A DNA stretch of 63,711 nt, the filler included, from Bigelowiella natans CCMP2755 (Eukaryota; Protista; Cercozoa): NCBI GenBank assembly GCA_000320545.1. It is 8 parts of 8 records of this genome, joined end to end, with 100 filler letters (N's around TTAATTAATTAA, not from the genome) between each part and the next. Parts side by side here need not be neighbours in the genome. Positions count along the whole stretch, not along the records: positions 52,542 to 62,280 come from ADNK01002671.1; positions 62,381 to 63,711 come from ADNK01003219.1; 6 more parts are not named here. One strand, written 5' to 3'. The translations under genes were made by a program, and so were the position numbers. Positions within the stretch are counted from its first letter, which is position 1; each line of letters opens with the position of its first letter. Positions 53,958-63,711 of this stretch are shown piece after piece. The notes beneath the pieces are model-generated. The model worked only from the letters and a program-made list of their open reading frames with translations. It was not told where the DNA came from and did not search any database.

Positions 53958-54722
53958 GTATTATATATATCATATTCTCTTTTATGGCGGCCATCACCGT
54001 TATTGGTCGAGCGCTTCTCACCATTAAGAGACCCCGTGGATTGCATCAGCGCTTTCCTTTACACCCTCCCTCTCTTGACCTCTTTCCACCTTTGCTCCTT
54101 CCCCCCTTCTCCCCACCCTCCCGATAGATGTGCACATCTGCTGAAGGAGCTCCAAGGCATGCTGGATGATAGCAAAAAGGGGCGCAGAGGGAAGGGGGGG
54201 AAGGGAGGAGAGATGATGACGGCATCAACGAATAACGTAAGTAACAACGCGCAGTAGCAAGTAAACATACACGTCTGCACCCTATGCTTCCGTACTTTCG
54301 CAATATAGCAGACTATACGCGACTGAAGGACATTCGGTTTGCGGGGGGGGGGGGGACACAACGTTGGTCTTGGAATTCTCTTGGGGGTGACATCGATCCA
54401 TCCTTGACGCCATTAGAGCGATTTTTATCATTAACATGATCGTTGCAGCACCTTTCTAAATCCTTCCTCGCCTCATTTTATGACCGCGCATGCTGTTTCC
54501 TTCCCCCCCCCCCCTTCCTTCCTTCCCTTTTCGGTAGAGGCATGTTGTGTTTTGCCACAACGACTTGCTCTGTGGCAATATCCTCAAAGCACCGGGAAAC
54601 GAATCGGTGAGTCAAGCCGTCTCTTCTCCTGTCAGAACTCGAAAGCCAATGTACATGTATCCGAGAAACTAATTTAGGACGTATGGAGAGCGTGTGTTGA
54701 ACAATAAAAGTAAAATTATATA

Positions 54723-54765
<43 letters not shown>

Positions 54766-55185
54766 GTGTGTGTGTGTGTGTGTGTGTGTGTACGTATGAA
54801 TAATAGGTGAAGTTAATCGACTTTGAGTATGGAGGACTGGGGTGAGTTCGCTGCATCTTCGAATTCCTCCGACAGTTTTTGTTACAAGGAGATCGGGAGG
54901 GGGTTAGGAGAAGGCATTTTGGAGGTTAGGCAGTGCTCAGGTAATTTCCCTGTTTGTTGTTGTTGTTGTTGTTGTTTTTGTTGTTGTTCTTCAGTTATAG
55001 AGGTTTTGACATTGCCAATCACTTCAACGAATGGGCAGGAGGCACCTTGACGGTGAAGATGAAAGAAATGATAGCGACGATGATGATGATGGTTGGTGAA
55101 TAAGTCGATGGAGGGTCAGTAGGAACTTTTCTGCATAAAATTGCTACTGTTGTCACTTTCTCAGTGTTCTTCCTCCGTATCTCTC

Positions 55186-55233
<48 letters not shown>

Positions 55234-55848
55234 TTTGTGTGGGGGGGAGGGGATTCGTGCTTTCAGGCAGAGGAAGATGCTCCTGGATACAATGGGGTAA
55301 GTTAATACACACATGATGTCTGACGATATGCCCTTCCTGGAAGCTAGGGAGAGGATTCGTCAGCAAACCGTTTCGATCAGAAAAGGCTTTGCATTGCTCC
55401 AGGCCTTCGTTTCCTTAGTTTTTTGGTGTTACATTCCTCCCGCCTATCTTTCCTCTGCGTCATGCTGTCAATGCCCATGTCTTCGTTCGCGTTGCCACCA
55501 TTCGTTTCTCCCCGTGCAGGTTCCCGACTACTCGCACTTCCCAACCGATCGGTCGGCGTTTTGTTAAGTCAGATTCAGCGCGCAGCCCCTGCGCAAAGCT
55601 GCGTGTCGTCAGTTTGTGCATGCTCGGGTCCTGGAAGTTTGTGCCATTGGTTTGCCATTATTCTTCGATGAATGCGGATAGTGCGTACACGTCGTGCATC
55701 ACCCACCTGAAACGCACGTCTTTTCAGGCAGCAGCGCTCGTTTTGCGCTGCGTATTTGACAGAATTCAACGGCGGAATCGCCCCGAGTGCCGTGCAGCTG
55801 GAGAACCTGCTGAGTGAGGTTGTCTCTTGAAGGAAAAAAGCAGAGCTG

Positions 55849-55886
<38 letters not shown>

Positions 55887-56317
55887 GCAAATGATGTCGT
55901 GTTATGCTGTGGCAAACCGTTTCTCACCTCAAATTGATAGCTTACACATTTTTTATACAAAAGCGTGTTGCATCTCTGCAAGTTAAGCAGCGATTGAGGT
56001 TTGCTGTGTGGTTTGTGTGTGTGCTGCAGGTCGGACGTTTCGTGTCTCTGAACCATCTATACTGGGTAGGGAAGACTTTATTGCTGTGCATGTTGCTGCT
56101 TCTCCCGTTGTCTAGATGCGATGGTGATGGATGCTGCACGATGTAGTTCTCTTCGCCGTTTGTATGCCATCATTTCACTGAAGAGAATCTCGGATTTGAT
56201 CAGGGTACATGGGCTATTAATCGCGCGTTTGAGGAGGGTTGTGACGAGTTTGATTACATGCGCTACGCCACCATTCGTATCATGCGCGGGCTGTTAGGGG
56301 ATACTGAAGCAATGTAG
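52542..56317 (+). CDS. Choline/ethanolamine kinase, 5' part uncertain or truncated
   Basis: HVVFCHNDLLCGNIL (Brenner motif), VKLIDFEYGGLG/YRGFDIANHFNEWAG, VPDYSHFPT/QQRSFCAAYL, HLYW/GTWAI..FDYMRYATIR..*. Confidence 0.93.
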
Positions 56318-56329
56318 AAGTGTACATGT

Positions 56330-56970
56330 GCGAATCACGTGGCCTGCGGCGACGTAGCCAAGCACACACATGTAGACATGGGAGTCCACGTTATTTGTTT
56401 TATTTTCACAGCATGGTTGCTGATTTCGTGCAGCTGCATCGTACATGGTGAGTTGCTATGAATAACGAGGGGGTTGATTGTTTTGCACAGCATTGTTACG
56501 CCGTCTAGATGTGTGTGTGAGTGTGTGTGTGTGTGTTCGCCGAACAACAAATCTGGCAAACTCCAATGAATCCAAAAATGAACCATTCGAGTATTGCCTA
56601 GATCTAGAGATTGGAGCTTGCGTCACGACTGAGCTAGATAGAGTAATTCTCGGTAGCAAGCCTCACTACTAAAGTTGTATGTCTATAGATCTAGAGATCT
56701 AGAGGTGTCGCGACATCTAATCAAACCTAGAAACACATAGAACGTCAAATTTTGGGCTCGAGCCAGTTGCATGGTCATTCTAGCATTGCATGCATGATGG
56801 TTGAACGCTCTAGACCTGTGAATGCCTCTGTCTAGCTGTGTCTTTAAATCTAACACGCGCTGACTTCTCTAGTTCTGATGAATCCACTAGTCTAGCCAAT
56901 ACTAGAATATGCGACACCGATCTCACAAGCTAGATCACTGCTGATGCTATCATGCCTGCATGCAAAGTCA
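56330..56970. other. CTAG/CATG micro-palindrome-rich intergenic patch (convergent region 5)
   Basis: cctagatctagag, gagctagatagag, tctatagatctagagatctagagg, cactagtctagcc between kinase (+) and FKBP (-) 3' ends. Confidence 0.8.
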
Positions 56971-57199
56971 ATTACAATCCTCAAGGGGCACACCAGCAAT
57001 AAATGCCAAAGTCAAATAGCTAGATAGGCAATTACGCGGCGTATAAGGAATTTTATCCTGGAGCATCGCAAGTGTGTTTATAGCCGACAATGAAAATACA
57101 GTGGCAATACACGGGCATCCGCATAAGAAGAAGCTGTCACACAAAAACACATCGAGACATACATTAAGCATCTACGATATATTGATATACACATATAAT

Positions 57200-57248
<49 letters not shown>

Positions 57249-57272
57249 TATTTCATAAATTTTAACCATACG

Positions 57273-58969
57273 TTATCCAGATTGTTTGTCGTCTGATTGC
57301 AACAGTTTTGTTACATCATTAATGCTCAATGCAATCTCGCTTTTGAGCCATTCTTCATATCGATTCCTGGACTCATACTAAAAGCACCAGCAGCAATTAA
57401 AAAGAACAGATGAATTGAAACATAACTTCGGAAGGGGGGGGGGAGGATACACATGGGTTGTTGAGTTTCATTGACAGCAACAGGCCATCACACATGCAGA
57501 AAGCACGATGAAAACTAAAATTGAAGATTGAGCAAACAATAGCTGCACACGCACATACACAAACACATGTATATTGTAAATATCTATCTCTGTAAAAACC
57601 CGCTTGTTCCTTCTCTTCCGGAAATTCTCATCATCATCATATCTTCGTAGCTTCTTCGCTGCCCAAGCTTCCAGTCTCCCCCTGAAGGTGTCAAGATTCA
57701 GTGAAAGGCACGTTCCGATTATCCAATGATGCATTTATTTGTCCATATGCTGCAGTTAGTTATTTCCAAGTTAATAAACGCTCAAAATGGGTACAAATAA
57801 CACATAAATATTGCAGCAGAGCTGCTTCTTCCTGGTATGATGACGGACTTACGTGAAATCATCGAATGTTTTCCGGCTGATGATTCTGCCGCCATTTATA
57901 CTCACGAGTTCCATATCGAAGACAAGGTCTGCACCGGGAGGAATGCTGCAATATTTCTTCCCTCTGGTCGCTTTCACCCCCTTCTCTCCGTACGCAAGGG
58001 CGCTGTGTACGTGGAGCAGTGCCCGCTCTCCAAGGGACATCAGAGGAATTGCCTTTTCCCAACCTTGTATAACGCTGTCGCTGCCAAGCACGAACTCGAA
58101 AGCTTCGGGGCCGGCCAATGGATCCCCTTCGCCATTGCTATCGTCATCCTCTGTGCTCGTGTCTCGGGTGTTATCGAACAGAGCCCCGGTGGCGGCCAGC
58201 GCCCCAATGAAATGCACGCCGATCTTGTCTCCCTAGTTTACGGTTTGTATTCCACATGTGTATGTTTATGGTAGTAAATCGAATGCATATCGTCACCACA
58301 ACGAAGATACCCCCTTCCTTCTCCTCCCCCCTTCCCCCCTCTTACGATGAATGTGTTTCTAACACCTTCTTCGGATGGAATCCGTTGCCACGCCTTTTTA
58401 CCTGAGGGGTTATGTGCGCAATTAATTGCACCTATTATTTATGCAAAGTGGCCGCTCTCTCCCCCCCTCTCGAGGAAGTTTTCTATATTGGCTTTTTGTA
58501 CTCTGTCACAGAACTTAAAACATCTGCTTGACGTTTATCTTTTATCATTTCACCCAAGTTATAACTCCAGGAAGTCGGCCCGTGCATCATTTCAGTAACA
58601 ATAGAAAGACTTAGAGAGCGAATTAAGGGAGCAAACCTCTAATTTGAATCCCGAGCTAGCTTTCCGTTCGTCCTCCCCCTTCTCCCCAGCTTCTTTTTTA
58701 GCTTGCTGATGGCCCCTCTCCCCATCTACAAGGTCGGCATTGGAATCGAATTGTGTGTTGGCTATGCCTCCAATTACATCGGAGATATTGCATATCTTCG
58801 GCGCCTTTGCTTCGGTGTCTGTTTCCTTCATTGATGTGTTCTTGGTTTCTCCCCCACCATCTGCAGATTTCACAGTGCCCTCCTCTTTCTGTCCTTCAGC
58901 TTTCTGACTGTCCTTTTCGATAGGATTCTCGTCATCGGCATCGTCGCTTAGACTAGGCGTGTCCTCCAT
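57273..58969 (-). CDS. FKBP-type peptidyl-prolyl cis-trans isomerase with acidic N-terminus
   Basis: GNGFHPKK/GDKIGVHFIGALAATGALFDNT..FEFVLGSDSVIQGWEKAIPLMSLGERALLHVHSALAYGEKG..IPPGADLVFDMELVSI; short helical C-terminus ..SDDKQSG*. Confidence 0.9.
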
Positions 58970-59727
58970 GAGTAAATCAAGTTCTTTAGAGTCAAGATCG
59001 AATACATAACTTCTGTTTGTTCGCCCTAAATTATGCGAAAGAAGTTATCAAGATGGGGGAAAAGAAGGCCTATGGAGACACGGGCAAAATTTTTGAAAAG
59101 GCACTTCCAGACAATAACAACAACATAACTGCTGCAACCACACAAATACAAAACACTTCGAGCTTTTACCACATAAACCAACCTTTCGTGGCGTAGATGT
59201 ACAAGCAATACATGCTTGAGGAGAAAGCAATTCGCGTGCTCGCCTTAGCTACGTGTTTTCCGACGTGATGGGCAAAAATTTGGGATCCGTTGCTTCCTGT
59301 TGGTTTCGAACAAGGCGATTCAATGGCCAGGGAGGAATGTCCAAAACGAAGGAGGAAGAAAAGGACCGTCTTTGAGAAGCAGCCTCCCCGATCGAGTCAA
59401 CACCGCGATTAGGCTCCCATCCATGGATATCGCAGTCAAGTCTACGTTTGCCTTCGCCATTTTGGCCGTGGAAGATAATTCGTTTCTTTAGTGGGCGTGG
59501 GGTGAGTTCCTAGATCTAGTATCCGCACGGAGAATGAAGCCGTTCAAGAAGATTTCCCCAAGAAACCCGTTTTCAGAAGGCCGAGCAACTCGAGATGCCA
59601 TCAAAATCCGCCATCAGATTCGGTTTTTAATAGTCTCAGGCCATCATTTCGTGTCGCATTGAGAGAATCTAGGACGTTTGGGGTAGTTTGCAAAATTTGC
59701 TCCGTATTTCGAATCTGTTTTTGGTTA

Positions 59728-61060
59728 ATGAGTTTTGAGGAAGCGCTGCAGTGCTTTGGGGGCCAGATCTGGTGTCCCTTCGACTGACAAAGAAATTGAC
59801 AGGGCTTCCCGTCAAACCATTGTCCTGCTTGACAATTTTGCTGCTGTTCGCCACTCCAATTGCCAGTTTCAGTTGCAATCCACTCACATTTCAACGGCAC
59901 CAACAAACAGCATCCATGGCAACTTCATCCCTTGTTCCGGCTCCGGCGCTTCAGATGGGTAGCCATGGAAACTTCATCCCTTCACGCGGCTTTTTTGGAG
60001 CCTCTGATGGGTTGTCAGCTGGTTTTTGTGTCTCATCACCAACAGGGTGCTGACAAGTCCTTGCAACGAGAGTTGTTGAGGCTCTGCTGCATGCAAACGC
60101 CTGTCTCCCATGGTTCTGGCGCACGCAGATTTGATCAACGCTTTGTTCATTGTTCATTGTTCATTGCGTGTTTCCTTCTCATCGGAAGTTGATCTTTTCG
60201 CTCACTGTTCGTCGTCGCGCATTGCCATGCTAGCATGGCTAGCTAGCTAGGTGGCAGTGAGCTGGTCCCTCAAGCGGTGTTGATTTGCGCAGTGTGCGTG
60301 TGCAATGGGAAAGAAAGCAAGTGATCAACACCTTCGATGTCACAGGTGATGCAACACGCTAGCTGCGCAGCGTGCTTGTGCATCTGCTGTGCACATGCCT
60401 CTTGAAAATTTGAAGTTGCCAACACAACCAGGCGAAACTCGGTGATTTCACGGTTTCGCACGTGTCCTGCCAGCCTTCCACCGGGTTCAAGTGCAAAAAA
60501 TGACTCGTTTTGGCTTGGTGCAATGCTGGAATGGCTCAAGGAGAAAAAAAACTCAATTTTTGAGTGTGCTGGAGGTCAATCAGTGACAAACTTGAGGCCT
60601 GAGAAAAAAACGCGAAGTTTCGAATTCACTGAACTCACGCCTCAAAACTTCGTGGCTTTCTCATTTTTGTCATGCCTGGTGCTCCCGGCTGTCCATCAGG
60701 ATGATCACGTGCTCGCAAGCGTGGTGTTTTCAAAATCACTTTTTGATCGTGCTTGGCCACACTAGATCGCACCAAAATCACCAGAATTTTCTGTTTTTTT
60801 TGCTCTCCTGGAATTTTTGGGCAATTAGCCCACTTGTGAACGTGTCACACGTGTTTCGCGCGTGCGCTGCGCACGCATCTAGGCATGCTGGCATGCATGA
60901 CTAGCCAATCATGCAAAATTCTCACAAATCACAGGTTCAGAGCTAGTCTAGCAGTGCTACATTGCAGGTGTTCAGCACACACACAACATGGCGGCAGATT
61001 TTCAGCCATGCTAGCATGACGTGTGCACAGCAGTGTGATTGGACGACCATGTGACCCGCG
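59728..61060. other. TpA-depleted domain (probably degenerate repeat/TE remnant)
   Basis: 14 TpA in ~1333 bp by hand count, 11 of them in CTAG; 60362-60762 has none. Confidence 0.9.
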
Positions 61061-61832
61061 CTACATCGAAGCTGCTTTTTCTTTCACAGCCTCTAACAAT
61101 CGTTCGTATGATTCGAAACATTGGTCCTAAAACAGAAAAGCGAGTCAATTCTCTCATTCATCAGATCTTTCTCCGATACAATGTGGCCTTACATGTTCTT
61201 ACCCAACACCCAACGGTTCCACTACCTTGTCGTTCACGGCGCGAAGAACGTCTTTGATGGAGCCGCCATTGAGCCCGTGTTTGCTAAATAAGGATGCTCG
61301 CACCAGCCGCAATATCTGAACAAAATGGTGAAAACAGACACGATTTAGTTACCGGCCGTGACGACAAAAAACAAGTGCACAAGTAGATCTGATTCATCCT
61401 AAAACAACCAGCATCGCCAACATAAAGTACCGCAAGAACAACCACCAAGACCACTTCCATCACCCCCATCGCCATCGCCACAGCGACGATGCTTGACCGC
61501 AAAAATGGCGCCTCACCTGTGGCTTTCGCACCGTCGTGGCCGAGGTAAAGATGAGCTCTACGGACAGGAACTTCACCTATAGACAAGGTTGCGACACGCA
61601 CACACACATACAAACACACACACACGCGCGCGCGCACACCTGCGTGAGCAAATGCACAAGAAGAGATCGAAACAACGACAGCGCTCCATCAAGAGCTCAT
61701 ACTTACCACTTCCTGCACCTCATCGCTTTCCCTCGCCATCAACGTCTGTCAGCAGCAGCAGCAGCAGCAAAACACAGAATGATAACTTAGATGATAAACC
61801 GCCACTCTTCAAGTCGTCTGCGAGCTATGTTC

Positions 61833-61876
<44 letters not shown>

Positions 61877-63121
61877 TCCACTACTTCTACTAGCACCACT
61901 ACTGCTACCCTTTTTGTTGCTTGCAGGCTGGAGAAGACCCTATTGAAATCCTTTTCCTCCTGATATGATACACAGGGCAGCAGGTTGCAGCACGACGGCC
62001 CTTATCGGGGGGGAAGAAGGCGAGGGGTACAGAGCAGAATCATGCAGCTCGTTCTAAATCATTATTCTCACCCCAACCACGACTGGAAGCAGACTCATCA
62101 TGTTATCGAGACGATGCGGAGCCAGCTGAGCCTACGCGTTTTTTGGTAATGGATTACTTGCAGCGAGCACATCAATTCCCCCCCCCCCCCCCCCCTCCCC
62201 TTATGGGGGGTCTTTTTAAAAAAATAAAAAGGGGGCAAAAAATGGATTTTATGGCCCGCCTCATCCAAAAAATTGTGAAANNNNNNNNNNNNNNNNNNNN
62301 NNNNNNNNNNNNNNNNNNNNNNNNTTAATTAATTAANNNNNNNNNNNNNNNNNNNNNNNNNNNNNNNNNNNNNNNNNNNNGAACTTCACCCCCCATCGTT
62401 ACAATTGATTTCTCGATCCTATAACTGATGAAAGATGGGGGAGGCTAATGCTTAGTACCAGAGGCAATGATCAACGGAGAATTTCTTGCAGATTACCACA
62501 GTCTAGTAGTAATAGTAGTAGTAGTAGTAGTAGCAATAGCCAACACATCACATCATATCGTTGTGCATATATCAAGTTGTGAGCATCATCGGCCATATAG
62601 GTGACGACGTACGTACCAATATACACATTTAAGAATAATTTGCACTTGATTCTTTATTCAATTCACTTATGATTGGCCTTAACACATTATTATTGTTCTT
62701 TATGGGGTGAAGGGGGGGAGGGGGGAGGCTGGCTTGTCCGTCTGAATTGGTTAAAATCATTACTCTTGAAAATACGCTAATAATAATAATAACAATAATA
62801 ATAATAATGATAACTATAATAATGAGAATGATATGGTTTGATGAGTATTACCACTGACAACCCTATTTCCTGGCATTGTCCTTGTGCCCCCGAGGCTGCG
62901 CAGGTCTGTCATCATCGATGTGGTGTCGGGAATGTACATAATATAGCTATTAACAGAGGAAAATCAGAGGAAAGAAGAAAGGTAATAGACGATCTAGTCT
63001 TTGGAGAAGGGTGGGTAGGAGAGGTAGTGCACCCCGTATGATTCAATCTTGCTTTTTTCATTTCCTCTCATTGGAACCTAGTAGTAGTAGTAGTAGCAGC
63101 AGCAGTAGCAGTAGAATTTAG

Positions 63122-63152
<31 letters not shown>

Positions 63153-63157
63153 TATAT

Positions 63158-63195
<38 letters not shown>

Positions 63196-63316
63196 GTACT
63201 ATACATATTGAATATACATTATACTCGTGATAAAAAGTACTCCAAATCTATTAAATATTTATGTGTATGCATGTGTTGGTGCTACTGGTGGTTTATGGTG
63301 CTCCGAAGAAGAAGGA

Positions 63317-63351
<35 letters not shown>

Positions 63352-63440
63352 AGAAGTGACAGTACTTACACAAGCAAGGTCTTTGCCGGTATTTACGCCC
63401 TTACTTAGACATCTGCATTTATATGTATTATGAGGTTATC

Positions 63441-63473
<33 letters not shown>

Positions 63474-63629
63474 ATCAGTATGCATACAGTAGAATCGTGA
63501 TATGATGATGAAAATGACGAGAATGATGATGGTGATGATGATGGTGATGAAGAAGAAAAAGTACAACGATAAGATATGTTGTTTAAATGTGATGCATCCA
63601 AAATCTCTTCTCTTTTCACCCCTCTTCTC

Positions 63630-63682
<53 letters not shown>

Positions 63683-63711
63683 GAGAGTAGAAGAGTAAGA
63701 GAAGAGAGAGA

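Larger units (their letters stand above)
1..63711. repeat. Very dense microsatellites ((TA)n, (TG/CA)n, (GA/TC)n, (GTA/TAC)n, (GAT/ATC)n, (GAA/TTC)n, (GGA)n, poly-G/C), mostly intronic
   Basis: Directly visible; they explain most low-complexity ORF-track entries. Confidence 0.98.

Noticed and set aside
59728-61060. CpG-methylation decay or classical RIP as the cause of the TG/CA excess
   Set aside because: CpG remains frequent (e.g. tcgcgcgtgcgc, gtcgtcgcgc) and TpA is depleted, whereas RIP increases TpA.
61100-62200. Possible plus-strand gene start downstream of the TpA-poor block
   Set aside because: Splice-like signals are present but no consistent reading frame or family could be established.
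62455-62905. Possible exons VPEAMINGEFLADYH/IVSIIGHI (vaguely RPA3-like) on the last contig
   Set aside because: Too short and fragmentary to support a product call.

Overview
Eukaryotic nuclear DNA: 8 unrelated contigs joined by artificial 100-nt spacers (N44-TTAATTAATTAA-N44). Intron-rich genes with microsatellite-laden introns, a (TTAGGG)n telomere, IFT122 and a bipartite-presequence ValRS suggest a flagellated alga with a complex plastid (chlorarachniophyte-like; inference only). Hand-spliced genes: IFT122 (3' part), NudE/NDEL1-like, NCL/EFCAX Na+/Ca2+ exchanger, F-box, NHL-repeat, SLC43/FMP42-like MFS transporter, METTL21-family methyltransferase, GT10-like protein, FLZ zinc finger, C2H2 zinc finger, ValRS (5' part), choline/ethanolamine kinase, FKBP, and several hypotheticals. 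There is also a hAT-type MITE with an 8-bp TSD. Most ORF-track entries are microsatellite artefacts. The most striking signal is an apparent localized mutational system. The subtelomere and a 1.3-kb block have almost no TpA, with TpG/CpA in excess and CpG retained ('reverse RIP'); in the 1.3-kb block the survivors are mostly CTAG. All five tail-to-tail intergenic regions carry CTAG/CATG micro-palindrome patches. Exon boundaries, family calls and counts are by eye and from memory, not from database searches.
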